From Octopus sinensis (Eukaryota): a stretch of DNA of 64,000 bases. The notes under the pieces were generated by a model. That model made no database searches, was not told the DNA's origin, and saw only the letters and a list, made by a program, of their open reading frames with translations. Each line of letters starts with the position of its first letter. Position 1 is the stretch's first letter. The translations under genes were made by a program, and so were the position numbers. Location: positions 46,388,464 through 46,452,463 of the forward strand of contig NC_043011.1 of assembly GCF_006345805.1 (NCBI RefSeq), given 5' to 3'. Positions 12,978 to 25,019 of this stretch are shown here, one piece after another.

Positions 12978-13744
12978 TATTTATGCCTTAATACTAATCT
13001 CTAATCTTAAGAAATAACCAAATATATTAAGTGCGTGTGTGAGTATCTTACACACACACACAAACACACACATACACACACACTCATATATACATATGCA
13101 TGCACTCCCACACAATGAAGAGCAATGCAAAAGGTCATTAACAATGAAGCTTTCTATTTAGAAAAATGCATCTTTCAACAAATAGAATAAGGCATATTCT
13201 TTCTGAAAACATGAATAGGATTGTAGTCCAATTCAACTTTATTAAGCTGGAAGATTATGTAAATGAATATATTCTCGCATGCAGAAATTCCTGAGATCTG
13301 TATGTAGTTTTGTGCATAGTCTACGATGACAACACTGCTTGTTGCTTGTTTCCATGGTTATCAACCTAACATCATCGGAATACAAGAGAATGACAGAAAA
13401 ATAGAGAATGCTGTTGAAAAATATGAAAAAGAAATTGAAGAAAAGAACTGAGAAACAGCAGGACAGAGGATAACATGAAAGTAAAACGCATCAGAGAAAA
13501 TGATACAAAGGAAACTAGAAAGAAGAGTACCAAAGGGTAAAAAAAAAAATGACGATGTTGATGATGATGATGATGGATAGAAATGAATGACAGAAGAGAT
13601 AGGAAAACAAGATAGGCTCATAAAGTATAGTAAAACTTGAAAACACTATAATGAAATTTGCCTGAGAAAGAGGACAAATATTCAACAATCAATAAACATT
13701 TAGACAGATACTGTAACCCTGAGAAAACGAATAACTCTCCCGCT

Positions 13745-13869
13745 CTCTCTCTCTCTCTCTCTCTCCCTCACTTAGCATACAAGTACGCGCGTGTATGCGT
13801 GTGTGTATATACATATCTATATATATATATACATATGTACATATATATGTATATATACATATGTATGTG

Positions 13870-13907
<38 letters not shown>

Positions 13908-14010
13908 TACATATGTATGTGTATATATATATTTATCTAAATATACATATGTATGTGTATATATATACATATGTATATATATATATATATACATATATAC
14001 ATATGTATGT

Positions 14011-14042
<32 letters not shown>

Positions 14043-14130
14043 CATATATACATATGTATGTGTGTATATATATATATATATACAAACACACACACACATA
14101 CACACATATATATATACATTTCTTTCTAGT
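13745..14130. repeat. Compound (CT)n/(TA)n/(TACATA) microsatellite with higher-order period
   Basis: Direct inspection. Confidence 0.9.
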
Positions 14131-14805
14131 TTATATCTGTCTCATTCTTTCTTTTTTTCTCTCTCTCCCCCAGTATAACTACACAAACACACACACACCT
14201 CTGTAAGCATGCAAGTACACATAGAATGTCTCCCGCTCTATATGTACATATATACATATATACAAGCTCTCTCTGTTCTCTGTCTCTATCTGTCTATCTG
14301 TCTGTCTGTCTCTATCAATCTATCTATCTAACTATCTATCTATCTGTCTGTCTGTCTCTCTCCCTCTCTCTCTTGCACTCATAGCAAACACACACACAGA
14401 AATGTGCACACACACACACACATACACAAATATGCACACACACACAACCAATTTTATTTCAATCCGAGTCTCAACAGCTTTCAAGAGGCTAATCAGTCTC
14501 TTTCTCTTTAGTATGCCTAAACTATTTCTCTCTTCTCTTTCTCTTTCTCTCTCTATCTCACTATCTCTTTTCCCCCTCGAATACTGCTTTTATTCTCTTT
14601 CTCCCAAACCTCCCACTTTTACTGTATTTTGATACTGTCGGACTCTCTCCTTTTCTAGATGATATTAAAATCTTTGTTATTGGTTTCTGTTTCTAACAAT
14701 TAATTCGTTCACACACATACAAATATATCTAGTCACAAATATACATACAAACACAGAAATATGTATGTCTGCCTGTGTCGACATGTGTATGTTTATGTAC
14801 ATATA

Positions 14806-14809
<4 letters not shown>

Positions 14810-14872
<63 letters not shown>
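14810..14872. repeat. (TA)n microsatellite
   Basis: Direct inspection. Confidence 0.97.
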
Positions 14873-14874
<2 letters not shown>

Positions 14875-14879
14875 GTAAC

Positions 14880-15270
14880 ACACATTCAGTTAAAATTTCT
14901 ATTTATAAGTCCTAACCTCTCTCACCTTTTCCAGTCTAGCTTGCGTCATATGACATAACGGTTGGAAATGCAAAAACATTCAAATAAGGAATCCGATAAT
15001 AAAAGAAGAAAAAAAACAAAGACAAAAAACAAAAAATAAAAGTGCGGCTATAAAAATATAAAAATAAAGAAAAGAAAACCCCGGCACGATTTTAATTATA
15101 ACCATTATCTGAAACCAGTAAACTCACTTAACATTAATGTCCGTCTTATACTACTTTCATTATCTTTCACCCTCAACAACTTCCCCACTTATGGTGAATA
15201 CTTTTATTAATAATATGCATATATAGCATCATTATCAACACTATCGGAACCACCATCTTTTTATCGTCCA
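14880..15270. promoter_or_regulatory. Candidate CpG-retaining, promoter-like unique segment
   Basis: About 9 CpG in about 390 bp of AT-rich unique DNA (by eye, higher than most unique stretches); TTGCGTCA and TATAAAA motifs. Confidence 0.2.
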
Positions 15271-15369
15271 GCTTGTAGGGGTTAGATGGAACTTGTTTGG
15301 AGAGATTTTTTTTTTCACTATGGCTGGATGCTTTTCCTGTTGCCAATCCCCACCTGTTTCCAAGTACCC

Positions 15370-15590
15370 TTTACTCTTTTACTCTTTTGTTTCAGTCATT
15401 TGACTGCGACCATGCTGGAGCAGCATCTTTAGTTGAGCAAATCGACCTCAGGATTTATTCTTTGTAAGCCTAGTACTTATTCTATCAGTCTCTTTTGCCG
15501 AACCGCTAAGTTACAGGGACGCAAACACACCACTATCAGTTGTCAAGTGATGTTGGGGTAGACAAACACAGACACACAAACATACACACA

Positions 15591-15683
<93 letters not shown>

Positions 15684-16003
15684 ATATATGTAGAAACATT
15701 GCCAGATAAGACCGGAGCCTGGGGCAGCCTTCTGGCTTCCCAGATCCCCGGTCGAACTGTCCAACCCATGATAGCATGGAGAACGGACGTTAAACGATGA
15801 TGATGATGATGATGATGATATATATATGTATACATATATACGATGGGCTTCTTTCAGTTTCCATCTACCAAATCCACTCACAAGGCTTTGGTTGGCCTGA
15901 GACTATAGTAGAAGACACTTGCCTAAGGTGCCACATTCTGGGACTGAACCCGGAAACATGTGGTTGGTTAGCAAGCTACTTACCACACAGCCACTCCTGC
16001 GCC
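15370..16003 (-). mobile_element. SINE family B split by a family D insertion in its internal microsatellite
   Basis: 3' half at 15370-15570, 5' half at 15840-16003, family D between them. Confidence 0.85.
15689..15819 (+). mobile_element. Family D 3' fragment with (GAT)n tail
   Basis: gtagaaacattgccagataagaccggagcctgg..catgatagcatggagaacggacgttaaacgatgatg. Confidence 0.88.
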
Positions 16004-16039
16004 TATTTGTAAGGGAATATATATATATATGTATACATA

Positions 16040-16240
16040 TATATATATGTATACATATATATGATGGGCTTCTTTCAGTTTCCATCTACCAAATCCACTC
16101 ACAAGGCTTTGGTTGGCCTGAGACTATAGTAGAAGACACTTGCCTAAGGTGCCACATAGTGGGACTGAACCCGGAACCATGTGGTTTGTAAGCAAGCTAC
16201 TTACCACGCAGCCACTCCTACGCCTATTCGTAAGGGAATA
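16040..16240 (-). repeat. Local tandem duplicate (period about 220 bp) of the family B 5' half plus flank
   Basis: Shares private variants and the non-SINE flank tatt(t/c)gtaagggaatat with 15820-16020. Confidence 0.85.
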
Positions 16241-16666
16241 TTTTTTTCTAAGACTTTGCACAACAAACAACTCAATGTCAATGACTGGACATATTTGTGC
16301 TAAAGATTACATTAAGAATAAAAGAATACATTTGTGTGACTGGTGGGTTTGTTTACAATCAGCACAAAAGCATCAAAACAAGAGAAAAACATGAATGCAC
16401 ACACTCTTATGCATACATGTCTGTGTACATGCATGTACTGTACTTGTGTCTGCACTGAAACCCAGAGTAAATATATATATATATTGCAAATGTTTCAGAG
16501 AAGGAAGAGAATAATGAAGAGTAGTCAAAACTGTCAATTATTTCCTTGTGACTGTCAAAGATATAAAAATGTGAATTAGTAAATCTCAACGTCAATCAAT
16601 TAGCATACACCAATACGTACACACATACACACATATTGTTATGTATATATATATATATATATGAAT

Positions 16667-16989
16667 GAAGGCACGTGGCTTAGTGGTTAGGGCATTTGGC
16701 TCATGATTGTAAGGTCGTGAGTTCGATTCCCGGCAATGTGTTGTGTCCTTGAGCAAGACGCTTTATTTCACATTGCTCCAGCCCACTCAGCTGGCAAAAA
16801 TGAGTTGTGCCTGTATTTCAAAGGGTCAGCCTTGTCACTCTCTGTGTCACATTGAATCTCCCTGAGAACTACGTTAGGGGTACGCGTGTCTGTGGATTGC
16901 TCAGTCACTTTCACATTAATTTCGCGAGCAGGCTGTTCTATTGATCGTATCAGCTGGGTCCCTCGTCGTCGTAACTGATGGAGTGCTCC
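16667..16989 (+). mobile_element. SINE family C (tRNA-derived head plus CORE-like domain)
   Basis: A box tggcttagtggt, B box gagttcgattccc, CORE-like tgtgtccttgagcaagac. Confidence 0.8.
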
Positions 16990-16990
16990 G

Positions 16991-17034
<44 letters not shown>

Positions 17035-17419
17035 TGAGAGAGAGTGAGAGAGAGGGAGAGAGAGAGACATACATACATACATACAACTTTACTAGTACTG
17101 TTGCATGATAAAATACATGCATTATACTTTGTAAAGGGCTTGCTGATAGAAAGAGTAACATGCTGTAGAAAACATGACAAAAGCACACCATACAAAGGCA
17201 TTAGGGTCCTCCAGTCCATCTTGGAAGGCAACAACTCCAAATGAGAACTGGTCCCAGTCTGTGACCTGTCCTTCCTATGCCAGATTGGAAAGCAAATTCC
17301 TTCAGGTGAAGGTATATGGCTTAATGGTTAATGTGTTGCATTCATAATTACAAGGTCATGAGTTCAATTCTTGGAGCAGTCAGTGTACTATATCTTTGAG
17401 CAAGACATTTTATTTTATC

Positions 17420-17620
17420 GGGCATGGCTGTGTTAGGGAGCTTGCTTCCTAGCTACATGGTTTTGGGTTCAGTCCCACTGCGTGGCACTTTGGGTAGGTG
17501 TCTTCCACTATAGCCCCGAGCCGACCGGAGCTTTGTGATTGAATTCGGCAGGCGGAAGTTACTGCCGTGTGTGTATGTGTGCGTGTAGGTGCTTGTGCCT
17601 CTCCGAAAGAGAGAGAGTGG
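17420..17620 (+). mobile_element. SINE family B variant (B2 tail)
   Basis: Family B head with a distinct tail gaattcggcaggcggaagttactgccgtg; a second copy lies at 26022-26226. Confidence 0.8.
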
Positions 17621-17729
17621 GATTACTTTAAGCTACCCAGCTGAAATGAATCTTTACAAAGTACTGGCAAATCCCTCTTCAGCTATTACATGCTTGATGT
17701 TTTCCTGTGCTTGTGGCAGGTTTTTTAAG

Positions 17730-18600
17730 CCAAACTTTATTTGTATGGTCAAACTGGTTCATTAGGCAGTTTTATCTTCTAATGCTGCTCCTTATCTATT
17801 ATTCAGACTTTGTTCCACATGGGTTGGTAACTTCTCTTTTTCCTTCAAAATTGATCAGCCTTACCTGATGTCCTGCTGTCTTGTCACAGGTCATAGCTTT
17901 AAAATGTTCCACAAGGGTTGATGACTTCTCTTTTTCCTTGAAAAATTATCAGCCATGCCTGATGTCTTTCAGCCTTGTCACAAATCATAGCTTTAAAATG
18001 TTCCACAAGGGTTGATGACTTCTCTTTTTCCTTCAAAATTGATCAGCCTTACCTGACGTCCTGCTGTCTTGTCACAGGTCATAGCTTTAAAATGTTCCAC
18101 AAGGGTTGATGACTTCTCTTTTTCCTTCAAAATTGATCAGCCTTACCTGATGTCCTGCTGTCTTGTCACAGGTCATAGCTTTAAAATGTTCCACAAGGGT
18201 TGATGACTTCTCTTTTTCCTTCAAAATTGATCAGCCTTACCTGATGTCCTGCTGTCTTGTCACAGGTCATAGCTTTAAAATGTTCCACAAGGGTTGATGA
18301 CTTCTCTTTTTCCTTCAAAATTGATCAGCCTTACCTGACGTCCTGCTGTCTTGTCACAGGTCATAGCTTTAAAATGTTCCACAAGGGTTGATGACTTCTC
18401 TTTTTCCTTGAAAAATTATCAGCCATGCCTGATGTCTTTCAGCCTTGTCACAAATCATAGCTTTAAAATGTTCCTCTAACCTTACTTTTAGGGGACATAA
18501 AAGATAAATTTCGTGGTTCCTGTGCACTATTCCACTGTGATGTGGAAACTGGCGGATAAAGTACGTTTGAATGACACACTTTCTCAGATAAACATCAAGT
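17730..18600 (-). mobile_element. Decayed Penelope-like element, GIY-YIG endonuclease region
   Basis: Minus strand reads CPLKVRLEEHFKAMIC, then (shifted frame) SGMADNFSRKKRSHQPLWN and, beyond the array, WNKV*IIDKEQH*KI; this matches the Penelope EN pattern RPLKVRLEEH..SGMADHIW..HLPLWDEVKIIDREEHW. Confidence 0.75.
17811..18468. repeat. Minisatellite, 7 x 94 bp
   Basis: Units start at 17811, 17905, 17999, 18093, 18187, 18281 and 18375; two variants in the order A-B-A'-A-A-A'-B. Confidence 0.97.
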
Positions 18601-21600
18601 TAACATTCATATTGCTTGTTTATCATAATTGTCATCATTATTCTCTCTAGCTCAATCAACTTAAGATGACAAATCCTTGGCTGCAGAGTTGAGTTGTGTA
18701 TCAAACTGTCATCGTAAGTTGATTAAACCAGAGACGAAAGTGTTGAGGATGATGTATTAGAATTATGAATGCTAACTTGGCATTTGTCAGCGGTAGTGTG
18801 TCACTGAAATACACATTTTCCCATACAACTAATTTCCTCATCACAATGGCACAGTGCACAGGAACAACAAAATCAATCAGATTCAAGGAGAACAAGGAGA
18901 GGAAATGAGTGTCAGTTAAGTTTGAAAATGGACAACGTCATTTAATGTGCTATAAGAAAGAATAAGAGAACTCGAAAATTTTGGACAGTGCCCTTCTTCA
19001 GAGAATGAGAGGTAATAAATAAGTTGACGAACGCAAGTCTGCAAATCTATGTCATAGTGATAATAGAAAATATAATTCACATTACAGCATGAATAATGAA
19101 AAGAATTATAATGAAATTGAAGAAGTGATATTTGATTTGAAGTAGGTAGAAGCTATAACAATGCTAGCTTTACTATTTCATAAAATCAGGAATTTATTCA
19201 TAAGCAACAATAGCAACAATGAGTGACTTTTGAAATGAAGAAAAGATAAATTGTGCACACATCTTATCCATGATTCCTATTACATTAAACATAGGCAATA
19301 AAATTGACCTACTTCTAATTGAATATATCACATATATCATTTAATAAAGATACTACTGACGAAAATGTCTAAATTTAAAGGAAAGCATCTTTATTACTAA
19401 TTAGCCAAACTGACCATGGCAAGCGTTTAACACTGAACATTCATGTCTCAATAACTAAAATCCATTGGACTCTCTATGGATGCGAATTTTATGATTAATG
19501 TTATTGGGAATAGCATGAATGGTACAACTTTTCATTTTCCTTCCCACTCTACTTCAAAATTAAACTAAAGCATTTTGAAATGAAGAAATATAATTTCTTC
19601 TACAAAATTTAATTTCCTATCTTGCAATTCTTTATCAGAGAGGCTTTTTTAATCTGTAAATTCCTCTGGTGGATACATTTAGCAGCTTTTTACATCAGTT
19701 CATTTAATAACATATACTTTATTATCAAAATGGTAATCACTTCAGAGATTCCTTTGTATATTCACACGATGGAAAGCAACATGACCAAGGTGTCAATGTT
19801 AAGGACATGTTCATCTCCAAAATATTCTATACTATTACAAATTTGAAATTAATAAAAAAAGAATGCTTTCATTAACCCAAATAGCCATACTTTAGTATGG
19901 GTACCTGTATGCTGCTGAAATCCCAGATGACAAAAAATAAATTTTATAAAATTTTATAAAATTCCAATTTGAATCATTTAATTTGTTTTTATTTGTAAAT
20001 CATAAATTAAATTGTGATTCAGGTTCAAATTTCAACTTCAGATTCCCACCCACTATTTTGCTTTATGAAAAACATCAGTTTCATCAAGCTGTAATTCCAG
20101 AAAGGTAAAATAACAATAATTGAATTGAAATTCTCAATCCTGGACAGGATATACTGCAAATTCTAATGGCTATTATTTTTTAAATTAGCAATCAATTTAC
20201 AGAATATTACAAATTATGTAAACACCAATGCTTACTCAAACATTGATATTAGTTGAATGCTTTAATTTCTTCCATTAAGACTGAGTTTTGTTATTGAACA
20301 AATTTCTCTTACAAATACTTCACTATCAATTTCTTCATTTTCAATTTACTTTTCTTGACCCAGATGTTTCTAATCTTTTCTTAGTTTCACTTAATTGGAC
20401 TAGAGACCTGCTTGGGCACCGCATTCAAGACTTTTGGTTGATTATTCTGACTTTGCTTGGTATTTATTATATCACTCACAAGAGGCAAGGTCTACTGAGG
20501 GGTAAGGTATATAATTATGTATAGAAATAAATACCATGGATGTCTTCAGCAATCCAATCTTGTTCAGTCTTCTCATGGTGATACGCACACACACACACAT
20601 TCATAGATTATGTACCTAAACATTCAAAAGTATTCTGCATAGTTTTGTTTACCAAATTTTGCTCATAAGGCTTTAGCTGACTCGAATAGAAGGTACTTGT
20701 CCAAAATATCATGCTGTGGTATTGAACCTAGTGCCAAGTGGCTGCAATGCAAACTACAAACTACTTAACCACAACAAAATCTAACAGGAAGAAATTCCAT
20801 TATTTCAGGATAAACATTTTAGGGTTTTCTTTTTCTTTTCCCTTTTTTCTTTAATCTCTGTTCTGCATTTAAATCCTGCCCCAAATACCATGACAAAAAA
20901 GATATATAAGCACGTATGTGTTAAGAAATCACTATTTAGAAATAATTTTAATTCATTTTGTGGCTAGAATAAATAGACTGAAATAGGATTTAATAGAACA
21001 GTTTTATAAAGAACATTTTAGAAAACTAAAATCAACATTTTGTTTTATTAGTTGAAGTATTGCATCAATATATGCCTTATAATAGAGTAATTGGATTGTC
21101 TTTTATTGGGAAAAATAGATTAAAAACAGATTTCGTTGAGTTTGACAGAAAGAATGGATATCTCTCTGTGAAATATAAATCTGCATATTTTTCTTGCTAA
21201 TAAATCACTTCCAAATATTACTACTCTGGGATTCAACACAGGAGCTATAAATACCTTTATTGGTAAAGCCTGGAAAAATTGATTTCTTTTATTCATGAAA
21301 GCTTCTGCTTATAATATATTTGAGAAAAAATATATTAATTTGGTTTATTGATTTTTTTTCTTCACAATTATAAGTAGTAGTTATATGTCCATATAGTAAA
21401 CTAGCAAAATTTCAAATTGGATTTCTAAATCACAAAATTAAATTGTCATTAAAAGAATTCATTAAATCCTAGAACTCCAGCATCTGCAGCTAGCAATTAT
21501 ATAGCTAGTAATTATATAGAGGGTTGCCGTGATAGACAGGGGTGGTTAAATGGCTAAGTTGCAGGATTCCTTGTATTACACAGTTTTATTGTTTAAGAGA

Positions 21601-21708
21601 ACAAAATGTCTTGGTGTGAAAAATCCTGCTTTGACAGACTGGTGAATGGAATAGTGAGAGTATGTTAAAGTATATAAGAACCACATCTGCAAAGTTATAA
21701 AGTATATG

Positions 21709-21750
<42 letters not shown>

Positions 21751-22309
21751 CTCTCTCTCTTTCCTCATACATATATATATGTATAAAATTTATTTCAACA
21801 CATGAATTTACATCAAGAATCTTGCAAGCAAAATTCAAAAATGTGTGCATTTATGATACAAAAGGGTGCATTTATGATATATAGGTGAACTCAATAAATT
21901 TCCAAAACTGAAGATAATTATTGTCCAAAAACACAAACTTTCTAAATTTAAAGCTAACAAAATCAATAACATAAAATGGAAGACTTTTAAGTTAAAAATC
22001 TTAATAATCTTGAATGAAAGAAAATTGTAATAGTTTTGCAAAATAATTAGTACATATTTAAAATATTTTCTATAATCTTAAATTACAATTAAAACGACTA
22101 TTTTGACAGCAGAAACATTAGGGAGATACTGAAATAAAGTCTTATGAATAAACAGTCTGCAATTAACTCTATTCAGGTATCAGATTTTCTTCTTGTAATT
22201 TGCTATGATAAATATTGAAGCTTCAGATACAGCTGGTTAGAGCTAATACCAGTAATCTATGAAACTAGGTGGTTAATAGAATTATATTCAAGTTCCATTT
22301 AGGTGAGCT

Positions 22310-22950
22310 GCTTTACTGGAGTAAAGAAAACGATAGCCTGGTTCTCTGTTGGTTATGATGACAAAGGTTTCAGTTAATGTGATCAAAGGAACACCTGCTT
22401 AGACACACGTACCTTTAATGTAATTCTTAAGGAGATTCAGCATGACACAGAATGTGACAAGGCTATCTTATTGAGCTACATATCCAACTCATTCTTGCCA
22501 GCTGAGCTTTTTTGTTTGTTCCTTCTTGAGCCATGCCTGGCTCATAAGGGCTGGTTTCCTGGTTTCTTTGGCATATAGGTTCCCCACCTGGATGGGACAC
22601 CGGTCCATCACAGGTAAGCTGCAAGATGCAGGAGGAAAGAGTGAGAGAAAGTTGTGGCGAAAGAATCAGCAGAAGTTCACCATTACCTTCTGCTGGAGCC
22701 GCGTGGAGCTTAGGTGTTCCGCTCATAAACACACACATCGCCCGGTCTGAGATTCGAACCTGCTATCCCTTGACCACGAGTCCGCTACTCTAAACACTAG
22801 GCTATGCGCCTCCACTTGCTAGCTGAGTGAACTGAAGCAATGAGAAATAAAATGTTTTATTCAAGGACATAGTACACTAACAGAAATCAACCGCAAGACC
22901 TTATGATCATGAGTAAAACACTCTAACCACTAAGCCATGCACCTTCACAG
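22310..22950 (-). mobile_element. SINE family C, old copy, split by a nested SINE
   Basis: 3' half at 22310-22506 and head at 22816-22950 match the reverse complement of 16667-16989. Confidence 0.65.
22507..22815 (-). mobile_element. tRNA-derived SINE with a V-domain-like segment, nested insertion
   Basis: Head ggaggcgcatagcctagtg..ggttcgaatctc; V-like tgtgatggaccggtgtcccatccagg; TSD ttgc(c/t)agctgag at 22495-22506 and 22816-22827. Confidence 0.75.
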
Positions 22951-23099
22951 ATAACAATAACCAAAGATACAAGTGACACCAACTAGTATTTAGACAAAAG
23001 TCAGATCTGGGGCCAACCAGTGTAAATATCCAAAATAGATGTCAAAACAAAAGTATCATGACCTACCAAGCAACAATATATACAAGAAGAATATATATT

Positions 23100-23830
23100 G
23101 AGATTCTTGGCATTATATGTTTGCACAAACCAGTATTAAGTAGTTGAAGTATTGGCCAAATATACAGAGAGAGACCACATCCAGAATAATATTATCTAAC
23201 TTTGTTTAAGCGATACTAGAAAAACTAGACAAATTATACACATTTTAGACTGCTTGATTACAAAAGTATTGATCAATATGATAAGAATCTTCCAAATTAG
23301 AAAATTGTACCAATTACTGATTTCAAAATAAGGATGAATACTTTGCAAGCCTGAATTTATGTTCATTAAGATCAATTTAAATTAGATATAATTTACCAAT
23401 AGAATATCTAAATGGACTTGAAAATCTCCTTGAAGTCTTCTTTCATTGATTCTAATAAAATCATTGTAGAGTAACTTCTGTCTGAGTTGGTAGGGTCAAT
23501 AGTTTATGTAACTTCATTAGTTCCATAGTGTGGCCAAAGCTAAAGGACTTTAGTATTGCTCACATATTGCTACTTGTTTGTAAGCTGGTATCATGAATAA
23601 TAGAGTTCATAATTGCAAGTAGCTGAGAATTGTATAATTAAAGAGAATTTTGTTTGTTTACAATCTTGAATGCAGGTCCTCCTATGGTTCTTAACCATAA
23701 CAAGGGTGCTAACACTGTAGCCACGTTTTGATGAATCCATCATTATACTGAATCATGCATTCCATTTAGCAAATATAATGCTGAGCCTTACGAAGGAGAT
23801 GACAGAAGACTAAGATATATAGCAAATTGC
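23100..23830 (+). mobile_element. Very decayed RTE-like RT relic
   Basis: Faint motifs in the expected order (IVPI, SFIDSNK resembling FIDFKKAF); many stops. Confidence 0.3.
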
Positions 23831-23879
23831 TGTATTCAAGAAGAGGCACCGACCACAACAGAATTGGTATCCTAAATCC

Positions 23880-24160
23880 AAGGAATGGCTGCTGGTGCCA
23901 TGTAAAATTCACTGATGGTGGTGCCACATAAAAAGCACAGGTGATGGTGCCATATAAAAAGCACTGAGTACAATTTGTAAAGTGGCTATTACTAGGAAAG
24001 GGAACCAGCTGTAGAAACCAAACCGAAACAGACTATGGAACCTAATGCAGCCTCTGACCTTACCAGTTACTGGCAAGCTGTCCAACCCACGAGAGCATGG
24101 AAATCAGACCTTTAAATGTTGATGCTGATGCTGATGATGACGAGGATGATGATGATGAAA
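23880..24160 (+). mobile_element. Family D, older copy
   Basis: ggtgccacataaaaagcac modules, tccaacccacgagagcatggaa..(gat)n. Confidence 0.75.
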
Positions 24161-25019
24161 GTCAGTGTTTAACTAAGTCTTTCACAATCCAATTCAGCCC
24201 AGATTTCTCTTGAAAATTATTCTGCCAAACTTTATATCTGAACGAAATTCTAGCAGTTTTCAACCCATAAAAATGCTGTGTAATCTCAGTACTTATCATT
24301 TCATTAATTCATATACACAGTGTTAATGTAAGAAATGAATACAAAAGCCAAAGCAGATGGAAAACTGATGATAATTGCTTCTGTGCTGATAACCAAAAGA
24401 TTTGTTTTAGACTGACAGATATCCTGTACACAAACAATGGGCAAATACAAGAATCACAATGACAATTAAGGAAATTGGGGATAAAATGAGGATTGAAAAC
24501 AATACTGTGAATGTTAAGAAGAAAAAATGAGATGTTTAAAATAAATTTTAATGTTTAAATTAGAATTTAGGATAAATTAGAAATTACAAAATAGTAAATT
24601 GTAGGCAACAAGTGAAAAGATGAGAATAATAACACAACAAATATAAAAGTTAATTACAGCCAAATCTATGTTTGGAGAGCAGAATCCTGTAAAGGAGAGT
24701 CAAGTATACTGTCAACTAAAATTAGCAAAGAAGTTTGGGGTCATCCCTATAATATTCATATTGGCAAAATATAAACATTATGAAGAGTGATCAATATGTT
24801 TACACTGGTTACAAAATCTTATTGACATGTAAATTTTGGTTGTAGCTAAGTCTCCAGTATTTTACATATGAAGTCTTTTGCTTTATTGTAAAATTCATTT
24901 CTTCTTTATTTTCAAGAATGCATTAAATACACTAATACCTTAACACACCTAACACCATTACTACTATGAATGCTAAAGATTTCAGCAATGTCTACATTAA
25001 AAGAAATTGTTTTTCAAAA

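Noticed and set aside
13658-14206. Long YI/IY/CV-rich ORFs (also 7977-8351, 47484-47842, 50551-50877, 54005-54560, 59293-59535)
   Set aside because: Translations of stop-free microsatellites
16667-16740. tRNA gene (also the heads at 22740-22813 and 56910-56985)
   Set aside because: A and B boxes are present, but the heads run straight into SINE bodies and lack a complete acceptor stem; they are tRNA-derived SINE heads
17811-18468. CRISPR-like array
   Set aside because: The units are contiguous with no unique spacers, no cas genes are present, and the context is eukaryotic
20288-20524. ORF with a hydrophobic stretch and a G|GTAAG donor at about 20506
   Set aside because: It could be an exon, but no phase-compatible partner exon or protein family could be identified
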